Positions 49,690 through 62,021 of a DNA stretch of 64,000 nucleotides are shown here, one piece after another. The notes under the pieces were generated by a model. It saw nothing but the letters and a program-made list of their open reading frames with translations, was not told the origin of the DNA and searched no databases. Both the position numbers and the translations under genes were made by a program. Numbering within the stretch: position 1 is the stretch's first letter; each line of letters begins with the position of its first letter. Source of the DNA: Eledone cirrhosa (taxonomy: Eukaryota); contig OZ024740.1 of NCBI GenBank assembly GCA_964016885.1, positions 338,024,001-338,088,000 on the forward strand. The letters are read 5' to 3'.

Positions 49690-51150
49690 TGGCAGCAACC
49701 ATGTGAATCGTTGAGCAGTTTCCTTGATGAAAGAACAGGGAGTGTTAAGAATTATTGGGTTATAATAGGCTACCTAAAGAATTTGACAATAATAACATAC
49801 AATACAAAGTAACTACTTGGGGATGATAGACCCATAATTTGGAAACAGAACTTGAACACATAAACTGGGACACTCTAGGGACAAGAGAATCAAAAAGAAA
49901 ATATGAAAGCTAGAATGATTGAATGGTGGCTATCTAGTATACATAAGATGAAATGAAAACAGCAATCAGGGAAATGTGGCACACAATAATTTCATTATTA
50001 TTGGTGGATTGGCAGTATCAGTAGAAGGTCGGATGCCATTCTGAGTTCAAATCCCGCCAAGGTTAACTTTGCCTTTCATCCTTACGGGGTCGATAAAATA
50101 AAGTACCAGTAATACACTGGGTAATTGCTGGCCTTGTGCCAAAAGTAGAAACAATTATTATATAGCATCATATATAGTCTGTTTTAATAGCACAAGTGCT
50201 TATTAAGCTATCAAAAATATAGAGGATGCATATAATATAGGTATATGCCTAACATTAAATTATCCAGATGAAGAAATTTACTCTACATATGAAATAGTAA
50301 ATGAACTTTTAAGCCAAAAGAAGATACAACGCACAATAATTATGGGTAATTTTAATGCCAAGGTGGGATCAAAATCTCATAATTAAGAACAAACAATGGG
50401 GAATTTGGCAATTGGTGAGAGAAATGACAGGGATAAAAGACTGATTGAATTTGTAGAAAGCAAGAACTATAAAGTTATGAACATTCACTGTAAGAAGAAA
50501 TTGAACAGAAAGTAGACACCATAATGTTCAAATGTAAAAACAAAACATAATATAAAATTTACAGGGATAAAGTAGAGTCTAGTGAAAGATGGGACAGTTG
50601 TTGCACATACTGGAAGTAAGTTTTGTATAAGGGCAAAAATCAATATTAATATGAAACTAGAAAGAGTTAAATTAGTCAGATAAAGGAATTCAAAGTAAAT
50701 TTATAACTCCTTTAAATGAAAATCAAACAGTAATCTTTTTTCTTTTATTAATTAGACACCACCTTGAAGGGATTTAGTTAATCATATTGTACTTATTTTT
50801 CTTGAGTTTTATACTGGGAGATAAACAAACCCAACATATTTACAGAGAGAAAGAGAGAGAGAGAGAGAGAGGTTAGCATAGAATAATGGATATTTATTGA
50901 TACATATATATGATAAGCTTCCACTATCAAATATCACTCACAAAACATTGACTATGAAAACGAAATTGAAAAAAAAAAGATTTGAAATGTTAAATGATGA
51001 ACTTTAGATTCATTGCAGGAAGAAATGATTAACATTGCCCGAGACACTGCACTCATGGTAGCAAATAAACACTGAACCTGATGAAGGGAAGAAAAGAAGT
51101 GAATAAAGAAGATGATGGATTATACAGAAATGTGTGAAACAAAGAGGAAA
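49690..51150 (+). mobile_element. Old RTE-type LINE, decayed AP-endonuclease region, interrupted by SINE A at 50003-50160
   Basis: Reads ..VYA....YPDEEI...YE.V...IIMGNFNAKVG...GERNDR..RLIEFVE......MN...KK..RK.T, with stops. Confidence 0.7.
50003..50160 (+). mobile_element. SINE family A with an internal deletion
   Basis: The head is joined directly to the B-box segment; core and tail are intact. Confidence 0.85.
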
Positions 51151-51219
51151 TATGCACAAAATTGAACAAACACAAAAAAAATTATATTTATATATATATG
51201 TTTACAGAGAAACCAAGTA

Positions 51220-51874
51220 CCTTAGGGCTGGTGAAACAACAAAAGCACCCAATCCAGACAGTAAGGTGGTAGTGCAGGTGTCAAAATGAAAAGGAACAAG
51301 TTCACCTTGTAATGTGGTAGTGCTGGTATCATGACGAAAAGCATCAAATTCACTTTGTGAGGTGGTAGTGCTGGTGTCATGATGAAAAGCATCCAGTCCA
51401 CTCAGTAAAGTTGTATGCCAGAGTCATGATAAAATGGTTCTAGTATACACTCAAAGTGGTTGTAAAAACTAAGCCAAAACAAAACATACTAACCTAGTCA
51501 CTTGACCAGTCTAGCCTCAGTACTCAACAACCATTTAACCCACGCAAGCATGGAAAATAGATGTTAAATTATTATGATGATGATGATATGTATATATATA
51601 TATATACACACAGGCTGTTGCATATGTCCAGTGAAGTCTCCAGCCCACACTGTAAAGTGGTCATGTGGGTATCACAACAAAAAGCACCCAGCACACATGT
51701 TAAATGTGGTTGGCATTAGGAAGAGCATCCATCCATAAAAACCAGGCCAGAAACAGTTCTGTGTGAGCAAGACACAGTCACCTGATAAAACTTGCCTTAA
51801 ACGGGACAACCAGTTTTACCCATGCTAGCGGGGAAAAATGGATGTTAAACGGTAATGATGATGATGATGATAAT

Positions 51875-51924
<50 letters not shown>

Positions 51925-52440
51925 GTAAGGCAAGCAGCCGGATCATCAGGGATATTTGCTAAGATGCTAAAAACATCCAGCTTGAAGTGTTACAAGCTAG
52001 TCAGACACATAGTTAATAAAATAGAGAAGATAAAAGTATCATTGAAAACTACTACAAAGGAAAAAGAGTTGTATTAGAGAGGGGTCACTACTCATAGAGT
52101 AGAGAAAGCTCTTCAGTTGAGTCATTGACCGAAACTTACCTAATGCTGATGCCTCGACAAATGCACCAAGTACACCCTATAAGGTGGTTGGCAATAGATA
52201 GAGCATCCTGCTGTAGAACCCATGTCAAAAAGGGTCAAGAGAACTCTCCAGTTATGTCAAGGGCATGACAACCTTTCTTGTGTTTGGTAACATATATAAT
52301 AAATGCACCCAGTACACTACGTAAAGTGGTTGGTGATAGGAAGGAAATCCAGCTATAGTGTACCTGGGTTAGAAGGTCTCTTCAGCTGTGTAAAAGACAT
52401 AACCTCTTTAGTGCTGGTGCCATGATAAAATGCATTGTGC
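51220..52440 (+). mobile_element. Cluster of degenerate RTE-tail elements with expanded ~45-bp unit arrays
   Basis: About five tandem gtgctggtgtcatga..aaaagca.cca.ttcac..tgtaa.gtggta units at 51225-51460. Further tails end at 51590 and 51870. Confidence 0.65.
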
Positions 52441-53429
52441 AGAATGTGGGAATGTATTGTAAATGAGATGTAGGCCACTGGCCTACCTGAGTAGCTGGCA
52501 GAATTTGGGAATGCAAGTAAGTGAGATCTAGACTTATGGCTTATCTGAAGGTCAGCAGCTCTGCTTGAGTACTAACTCAGTTATAATGATCCATCAAACC
52601 CTTGCTAGTAGAGAAAATAACCACTGAAAAGCGGGACCACTGACCTCCTAGAAAGACTGGAGGTTTGCATCTCACTTACATATGGTTCTTCATTCTAACA
52701 AGTGCAATTTATCATGGCACCAGCACTAAAGAGATTGTCATGACTGACATAAATGGAAGGTCCTACCAAACTTTCTGTGGCTGATGCCCTTCCTAACACC
52801 AACCACTTTACAACATGTATTGGGTTCTTTTACAGTGTAGATCACCAATACTTGGGAGATTGTCATGTCCTTGACATAACTGGAGGGCTTTACCAAGTAC
52901 AAAACTAATGACTTTATCTAATATTGCAAATTTTTACAATCATCTGTATATCTACTAGTAATGAATGATGCTATCAACATTTGATTTAACAAACCTCTTT
53001 CTAGACATTTTTTGTTACATTTTTACAATACATTAAGAGTTAATGTAAATATAATTACAATGTTTAAATTATAAGCTTCACCGGAAAACACACTTTTGTA
53101 ATTCTCTTCCTATGTATTTTTTCTTTTTAGATATATTAAGGTCTTCTTTACAGAATTTAAGCTGGTTACTAACAATGAGATAAGACATCTTTTTTAGTCC
53201 AGGGATGTGTAAATATGTTTGCATTTATGTAAGTGTATATACTCGTGCTTGTGTTATGTGTGGATATGTCTCTTCAGCACACTAGTGGATGATTACATGT
53301 CATCTATGTGAGTGTGTATGTCTTATGCCTGTGTATAATTGTGAACATATGCTTATTTCAGGATACGCAAATGGAGATACCTTGGAATTTGCAAATCTTC
53401 ACTGTAACACTACCTGAATGGATTTGGAG

Positions 53430-54000
53430 GGTGTGAGGCAGTTTACTTTGTTTCTCATTGGAAAATACTCCAGTATTTCCAGACATTTATGCAAATCTAT
53501 AAATACATATCTCAGTGCACCTGTGATAATAAGTACAACTGAGAGTCTTTAGCCAGGATACAGGCGCTGCGTGTTTCACATTAACTCACTACAGCTATTT
53601 TTTCCACAACTTAAGATGATGCATTCACATCCACTGGACAACTAAAATCTACAATTTTGCATAGCTTTTCTTCTCTGTCTCAGAACAATATCAGTTCAGT
53701 TGTGATTTTGGATTGTTGTTTTTATTGGAATGCACTAGTAGTATTTTTAACAGTGTGGATATATAAGAACTCTGGTGTGCCTTTACTATGACAATCAAGG
53801 CTATATTTTCTTCAGATAGCATTGTAAATAGTTTCTGCCACTATTTGATGTTACGTAGTATGCCAGTATTTTGTGCACATTTTGGAGCAGCTGCTGTTGA
53901 TATGGCTGATATCTTTTATGCTGTGTATGTGTTTATGATTGGCAATGTGACTCTCCTATAATACAACAATATCTGTTCCAACACAATTTCACGATGAGAG
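53430..54000 (-). mobile_element. Degenerate R4/Dong-like (R2-superfamily) non-LTR C-terminus (CCHC knuckle + RLE)
   Basis: The minus strand reads KDISHI.SSCSKM...HQIVAETIYNAI...IPIKT...DIVL.DREEKLCKIVDFSCPVDVN...VEK......QRLYPG..LSVVLIITGAL.Y across stops and frameshifts. Confidence 0.7.
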
Positions 54001-54033
54001 TTTGGGAAAACAAATCCCAAACTTTATATATAT

Positions 54034-54664
54034 ATACAAATAAAAGGCAGAGTTAATAACTCATACTGATACCCTGTAATTAAGAAGCTCAAAGTATAAA
54101 TACTGAGCATTTTAATAATATATGTAATAATAAACACAGTAAATCGTGTCTAAAATTACGAGGGTTGAAATACCACATTGGTTTGAGAAATTTAATCAGC
54201 AGCAAACAGAATATACATAAAATAAAATATATACAGACCGCCTCAATAACTATTACATCTCCCGGAGAATTGTGTTTGTAACAGATAATCTGTGGGCATC
54301 ATCAGCGAGAGAATAGATTAAATGAAACAAACACCTAAGCCAAAAGCCACACGAATGAATATTTCACCTCATGTGCTAGAAGTCAAAAGTGGTGTGAGTG
54401 GATTGGCTAGAAACAATAGCCTAATACACCCAACTTATAAGCTCACCTAGTAGTGAGCTGAAATACAAATAAAAGGCAGAGTTAATAACTCATACTGATG
54501 CCCTGTAATTAACAAGCTCAAATATAAATACTGAGCATTTTAATAATATATGTAGTAATAAACACAGTAAATCGTGTGTCTAAAATTATGAGGGTTGAAA
54601 TACATTGATTTGAGAAATTTAATCAGAAGCAAACACGATTTACTGTGTTTATTACTACATATAT
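54034..54664. repeat. Partial tandem repeat (429-bp period, ~175-bp direct repeat) ending in a 32-bp inverted copy; Penelope pseudo-LTR-like
   Basis: 54034-54208 is repeated at 54463-54635. 54633-54664 is the exact reverse complement of 54546-54577. Confidence 0.75.
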
Positions 54665-54749
54665 ATATATATATATATATATCAAGTAATAATTGTTTCT
54701 ACTTTTGGCACAAGGCCAGCAATTACCCAGTGTATTACTGGTACTTTAT

Positions 54750-54795
54750 AAAAAGATGAGTATTGACGTACATGTACGTCAATACTCATCTTTTT
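54750..54795. repeat. Perfect 46-bp palindrome
   Basis: aaaaagatgagtattgacgtaca|tgtacgtcaatactcatcttttt, checked base by base. Confidence 0.95.
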
Positions 54796-54876
54796 CCATT
54801 TTTCCGAGGGTTCTTAACCCCACTATCAGGCTAAATAATTTCTTTAGTCAAAATACGGCGATAGCTTACATTTATA

Positions 54877-54939
<63 letters not shown>

Positions 54940-55121
54940 GAAGTTATATTTAATTTGTTGGGATACAACATGAAATATTTTTATAACTGATATAAAGCAC
55001 TCAACAAATTTTTGGAGTAAAAATACAATATATTAATAAATGGAAACTATATTTATAAAACCATATTTATTTCATTATACATATTTCAAGGACACCAAAG
55101 CAAATTATGGTGCGCTTTCAT

Positions 55122-55202
55122 CAGATAAAATATAATATAGATCAGTTTTATAAACAAATATTGACATACCCTTAAAAACTGATCTATATTATATTTTATC
55201 TG
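55122..55202. repeat. Perfect 28-bp inverted repeat with a 25-nt loop
   Basis: cagataaaatataatatagatcagtttt (55122-55149) and aaaactgatctatattatattttatctg (55175-55202). Confidence 0.92.
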
Positions 55203-55501
55203 TATATATATTATATATATTATATATATATATATGCTTGTTTTTTTCCTTTCTTTGGTTTGCTATTATCCTTCTATGTTGTTCACTTGTCCCCCTCGCT
55301 TTACGCGATTTACTGGTCCCAATAACTTTTTTCAGTTATTGCTCACACCAACCTGAGGTATATGATTTTTAATGCGATGAAATACCAATGATGGTTGGAA
55401 AATCCCTGACGAAGGACAATTTTTATCATATGTAACCCATGTGCAACCACGCACTATTCTTCTTTCTTAGAGAGAGATAGAGATAGAGAGAGAGAGGGAG
55501 A

Positions 55502-55794
55502 GGGGCACATGGCTTAGTGGTTAGAGCATTAGCCTTGCAATCGAAAGGTTGTGAGTTCAATTCTCCGACCGGGTGATGTGTTGTTTGCTTGAGCAAGACA
55601 CTTTATTTCACATTGCTCCACTTTTCTCAGCTGTAGAAATGAGATGATAGGGACTGGGGTCCCAGCACTCACTGTAAATGAGGTTGGTGTGAGGAAGGGC
55701 ATCCGGCTGTAGAAATCAAGCCAGAATCAGTTCTCGTCCCACCCTTGCAAGCAAGGAAAAGCGGACGTAAAATGATGATGATGATGATGATGAT
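55502..55794 (+). mobile_element. CORE-SINE family B, short variant lacking the ~45-bp unit
   Basis: tRNA head and CORE joined directly to cccagcactcactgtaaatgagg. Confidence 0.88.
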
Positions 55795-55939
55795 ATATAC
55801 ATACATATTCTACAGATTCTATTTGGTGTCTTAAAAATCCTGCCAATTCACCAATATCAAGCAAAGTATCAATTCACCAGTATCAAGCAAAAGCTATATA
55901 CTTCTTACTCAATACATATTACTATAGTGCTGATGGCAT

Positions 55940-56600
55940 ATACATACATTTGTATGTGTCTATGTATGTGTAGGCATATATATATATATACATCTATATA
56001 TTATTCATATATATATATGCCTACATATATATATACACACACACACACATATATATAAATATATATATACTTATAAACATATATATATACTTATAAATAT
56101 ATATATATATAAATATACACAGAGGTATCCACTGTAAGTTGTGGGGTCTATTCTATATGAAGAACTCACTGGTGATATGCATGTAAGTAAATATTCTCTC
56201 TATCTGATAGTTTGTAAACTTACATAGATCAATAACTGAGTATAGATACAATGTATTATCACCATCTAGAAACGATCGTAAAGCAGTGAAGTATATCTCT
56301 AATGACTTGATTTTTTATTTCATTGTTTTAACTTATATTATATATATAAATATATATATACTTATAAACATATATATAAATATATATATATACTTATATA
56401 TTTTTATATATATATATGTTTATATATACTTATAAACATATATATATATAAAAATATAAATATACTTATAAACATATATATAGATATATATATACTTATA
56501 AACATATATATATAAATATATATATTCTTATAAACATATATATATACTTATAAACATATATATAAATATATATACTTATAAATATACCCATATATATACT
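55940..56600. repeat. (TA)n-rich tract with recurring tacttataaaca motif
   Basis: Direct reading. Confidence 0.85.
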
Positions 56601-57252
56601 TAACTATGCACGCATACACACACTTTGATAACGCGACCAATATATCATCTGTGACTGATATATTTGACATTTTCTTATATCTGAGTATGTTTGTTTGCAC
56701 TGATAAAAAATTTTTTTTTTACTGTCATTTATAATCAGTAACGAGTTTATTGACTTTCTTTCTGTGTAGCATTGTTATTGATGTTGGTAATGTTGTTGAT
56801 GTTGGTAATGTTGTCGATGTTGTACTGTTGATATTTTTTTCCTTCTTAGAGCTTTTTCTCTTCTTAATTTTGCTGCTATTTTTTATAATTGTTATTGGTA
56901 TTACCATCTTCTTTATCATACGTTTTTCATGATGCTGTTATTGTACTTATTATTATTTCTATTGTTGTTGCTTTATTGGTTGTTTTATGTTGCTGTAGTT
57001 GCCTTTGTTGTTCATTGTTCATTGTTTTTGTTGTTTCTGTCATTGTTACACACTCACATGTGCAAGCATGGCTGCATAGTTAAGTTATTTGCTTCACAGC
57101 CACTTTTCAGGTTCTGTCCCACTGCATGACATCTTAAATAAATGTTTTCTATTATTATAGCCATCTGTTGACTAATGTCTTGTGAAATTTGGTAAATAAC
57201 AGAAATTATATGGAAATTCTTTTGTTTGTGTATATATATATATATATGTTCT

Positions 57253-59070
57253 AGTTCTCATATCCGAAACTGCAATAGAATTAGAGAAGAAATTCCAGAC
57301 AAGGAAGCAAAACCTGGAATCAAAGAGCTTCAGAGTCAACTTAGTAAAGACCAAAGTCTTAGTAAGTAAAAAAAGAAAACAGGTCACTGATTTCCTCAGG
57401 GAAATGGCCTTTGCCAGTATGGAGGAAAGGAGTAGCTAGAAATTCCATTTCATGTACAAAATGTAAGCTATGGTGACACAAAAGATGTAATGGGATCACA
57501 GGCAGACTAGCAAAGAAAGTAGGCTTTGTATGTGCTCAATTCACAGGAGCAGTAAGCAACCAGAGCCCACCGAATACAAGTCCTATGAAATGCTCAGATG
57601 TCTCCCTAAAAATAGTCGACAGCTTCTGCTCCCTGAGGTATCAAATTAGCAGTGGGGATGGTTGTTCTGAAAGTAGCCTGAGTGAGGATGGGCTGGCAAA
57701 AGTTCAGGGAGCTGCTACACTGCTTGCTACAAAGGGTTTCTCTCAGAGGGAAAGACCAAAGATGCTTGTGTGCAAATGGCAGTGCTACTTGGTAATGAGA
57801 CTTGGGCTTTGTGTAAGAAGGACTTACAAGGATTTGAATGCAATGATGCTAGCTTCTTAGTGAGACAACTACGAGAGAAGTTCCTAGCTAAGAGTAAGCC
57901 TGTATATTTATTTTTTGTTGACTTAGAGATGGCCTAGGACAGAGTACTATGATTTGTCATTTGGTGGTCCAGGTGTAGAAGAGTGGCTTGTGAGAACAGT
58001 GAAAGCGATGTACGGAGGAGCTGTTAGTGAAGTGAGAGTAGGAAATGAGTTTAGCGAGAATTCAAAGTACAGGTACGAGTGCATCAGTGCTCGGTTCTCA
58101 ACTCACTTCTGTTTATTATAGTCCTTCAGACCATAACAGAAGAGTTTAAGACTGGTTATCAGTGGGAAATTCTGTATGTTGATGATCTGGTACTTATCAC
58201 TGAATCTAAGGAAGAACTGTGGAAACAGAATCAAAATCGCTGAGAATAAACTTAACAAAAACCAAAGTGTTAATAAGTGGAAAGAAGACAATACCCTGAT
58301 CCCATCAGGGAAATGGCCTTGCTTGATATGCAGAAAAGGAGTAGGTAGAAACCTTATAATATGTATACAATGAAAATCTTGAGTACACAAGAGTTGTAGT
58401 AGGCTAGCAAGCAAACTAACAGGAAAGGAAGACTTTGTATGTAATAGATGTTCATGAAAAATTGCTTGTAAGAATGACAGTGATATACACCTTTTTCAAT
58501 ATTAGGTAAGATTCATAGATGGGGCCAATAGCTTTCACTATCTAGGGGACTAAATTAGCAGTAGAGGTGGATACTTGAATAAAACGAGGATGGAAGATGT
58601 TTAAAGAGTTACTACCCCTGTTGACAACAAAAGGTTTCTCCTTACAAAGGGAAGGTCAGCTGTATGATGCCTGGTAATGAAACATAGCAGTAACCACAGA
58701 GTATATGTGAAGAGAGTATACTTTGATGGATTTGCAATGTTAATGTACATGAACAACAAAGCATGGATGATCTGAGAAAAACAATTGAGTATAAGAGGAA
58801 TCAGATATGAGCAGGAGAGATGACTGTGCTGGTATGGATATATGATCTGCATGGATGGTGATCACTGGGAGAAAAAGTACCAAGAAACTCCACTGGAAGG
58901 AAGCCGCAATAGAAGATGACCTATCAAAATGTGAGCCGAATTCTTGAGAGTTGATCTAAAATCACTGAAACTCACAGTAGAGATGACACAGGATTGCAAT
59001 GAGTGTTGAGCTGAAAAGAACTAATCCAACCCATGCAAGCATGGAAAAGCAGATGTAAAATGATACTGCT
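57253..59070 (+). mobile_element. Two adjacent older, degenerate RTE LINE fragments, both covering the PHD insert
   Basis: 57253-57860 covers ELEKKFQ..GKWP..VDSFCSL. 57861-59070 restarts at VRQLREKFLAKSKP and runs through PSGKWPCLICRKGVGRN to the tail. Confidence 0.8.
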
Positions 59071-59414
59071 GCAGCTGATGATATATATATGTGTCATCAT
59101 CATCATATTCCACTTGTAAGGCATTGGTGAACTGAGGGCCATAGTAGATAACATTTGCCCATGGTAATCTGCACATACTGCTGTGCCTATTTTGGATTTA
59201 TTTATTTTCAGCCAAGTTATTCTTTCTGTTGATACAGTAATGCACTGGGGTTATTGTTGGCCTTGTGCCAAAAGTAGAAACAATCATTTCAAAGGAATTT
59301 TCTCCAAAATAAAAAAAAACGAATCACTTTTGACTGGTTATTGTAATGTGATGGTAGGGGCCAAATTGCAAAACAATAATTTTATTGTGCATTTTTTATT
59401 TTAAAAAAAATCTT

Positions 59415-59855
59415 TCTGGATATTTTAGATTTTTTGAACATCAAAGATTCTGCAAAATGAATTTTTGAAAAAAGAAAAAAAAATTTTTCTTTTCAATTAG
59501 AAACTGATTAGAGATATAGAATTTACAGCTGAAATACTTTTTTACATATATAAATATATTTCATTTGCATTTGAAGTGTATAGGTATATTTTGTATTAAT
59601 TTGTAATTGCATTTTCATCCTTAATAAATTGAAACTGAAACACTTTAAAGTTTCAGAATGTGGAACAGCTAAGGCTTTCAAATATAAACGAAATATATTG
59701 ATACACTTCTAGTGCAAACAAAATATTTTAAACTGTTTACTTCAGCTGTAAATTCTCTAACCTTAATTTCAGATTTAAAAAATGTAATTTAATTTCTTTT
59801 TAAAATTAAATTTTTACAGATTCTGAATCTGATGTTCAAAATATATAAATCCATA
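59415..59855. mobile_element. Imperfect long fold-back (MITE-like) element
   Basis: Symmetric pairs ttttgaacatca / tgatgttcaaaa, agaatttacagctgaa / ttcagctgtaaattct, and aatatatttc.ttt..atttgaa / ttcaaatataaacgaaatatatt. Confidence 0.6.
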
Positions 59856-60349
59856 TGCTCTTTTTTTTTTATTAAAAAAATAGGCATAATAACAAACTTA
59901 GTACTGGTTAAAAGAATAATTTCTATGGAGCCTTGATATAAATGCTTGATCTGCAAGAAATAAATGCCAAATCTCTCTATAAAGACACTTTTTTATCTTA
60001 AATGATGTTAATACAATTAGATTTCAACTACTGAAACAACACAAACAATATGAACAACAACATAAAAGAAATCAACAACACACATATAGACATTCACATA
60101 AATTATGTGTGTAGGAAAGAAACGAATAGGTTTAAAAGCTGGAAACAGGAAGAGTAGGTCACAGATAAAGAAATAAGGCTATTGGATTCGCCTGGAAATG
60201 TTGACAGCTATGTTGAAAATGAACAATAAATACTACATTTTAATGAAAATATATTAAAATAGGATTTTTTAAGTTGTCACTAAGTGTTTTAGACTGAACA
60301 AAAAACTATTTTTAAGAGTTTTGACTGCATAGATATATTCATATATTAT

Positions 60350-60715
60350 GTGTTGGGTGTTCAATGTTAATGTGTGTGTGTGAATAACAAAAGATGGATG
60401 AAATGAGAAAGAAATTGAGGAATTAGAGGAATCAGATGTAGTGAGCAAAAGAGATGACTGTGCTGGTATGGAGAGGTGATGTAATTGGATGATGATCACT
60501 TGGTGAGGAAGGGCCAAGAAATTATAATGGAATGAAGCTGCAATAAAGTAAGATTAAGGAAAATATGGGCAGAGGTGATGAGAGCTGATCTCAAATTGCT
60601 GAAGCTCACAGAGAAGATGATGAAGGAACATGATGAATGGGGAGGTGCTATGTTGAAAATACCCATTCAACCCATTGAACAGCAGATATAAAATGATGAT
60701 GATGATAATGATGTT
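60350..60715 (+). mobile_element. Old RTE 3'-end fragment
   Basis: gactgtgctggtatgga (L.WYG) and a tail ending aaaatgatgatgatgat. Confidence 0.6.
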
Positions 60716-61921
60716 GATGTCTTTGCTCCATTATATATCATCATCGTTTAATGTCTGCTTTCCTTGCTAGCAGTACTGAAACGGGGCTACTGACCTCCCA
60801 GACAGACTGAGGGGTTTGTATCCTGCTTACATATGCAGAGAAGTTTTGTCTTTTGACACAAACTGAAGTATCCTTCTAGCTTCTTGTTTGGCTAGCTTTT
60901 TAAGGCTTGATGCCATTCTTAACATCAACCACTTCACAGCATGTACTGGTGCTTTTATTTATTGCATAGAGCACCAGACCTAGAGAGGTTGTTGTGTTTT
61001 TGACTCAACTTAAGGGTCCCCTCAACACTTTTAGGCATGGTTTCTACAGTAGTGTACACTTTCTGTTGCCAACCATCCTTATGGAGTGTACTGGGTGCAT
61101 CTATGTGGCACCATCACTAGAGAGGTCGTTGGTCATAGACCTAACTAATCCCTGGAGAGGGGGACAATAGGAGAAGGAGATAGATATGAAGTTATAGGTG
61201 TATCAGGGCAATGAATACAAATCAGTAGAGGTGACTAATTTGTGTATGGAGATGAAGTGGTGTGAGGGATGTGGTCAATATAGTGAGAGTGGGGGCATAA
61301 TGGAAAAATGTTCAATAAAGTACTCACCTTCATTCTACAACTGTAGACTGAAGGACATAATATTTCCTCACAAAGGCACAAAATCAGGATATGTTTCCTT
61401 AAACAGTTGATTATTTGACCCTGTACTTGACTGGAACTTTGGTTTCTTGATTCCAAAAGGACGACAGACACATTTGATTTTGGCAGCATTTGATCTCAGA
61501 ACATAAAATATTAAAATAAATATTGTCACATATTCTATGTGACACTAATAATTCTGCCAATCGATTGCCTTATGTATGTGTGTGTATGTATATATATATG
61601 TATATATGATGTGTGTCTGTGTGTGTGTGACAGATGGGAATAGAACAAATCAAATTGGTCCAGGTAAATATATTTTTCGTTAATATTTATTGAATATTAT
61701 TCTTGAAGGGGTCTTAACCCTGTATGTCAGAATTCTGTTCATAGCTCATTCAAAGCTGAATTAAATGTCATCATTCTAGTACATGAATTCATTTCAAATA
61801 TCATAGAGTGTTTAAAGTGCTACCTCAAATGAGTTGACATATGTTGTCGATTGTGGCACAAAAATATCTATCAATTCCCACATTATATATATAGATATAT
61901 CTCTCACTCTCTATCTATATA

Positions 61922-62021
61922 TATGAGGAAGAGTTGAAAAGTTCCTGGCTTTAAGTATTGTGAAAGCTTTACAGTGGAGGTGGGGCCACTGCAATAAGTG
62001 CGTGAATCTGAGAGGGAACTA
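61922..62021 (+). mobile_element. Short mariner remnant (TIR joined to transposase C-terminal codons)
   Basis: TA-tgaggaagagttgaaaagttcctggct is TIR-like. aagtgcgtgaatctgagagggaactat reads KCVNLRGNY. Confidence 0.55.
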
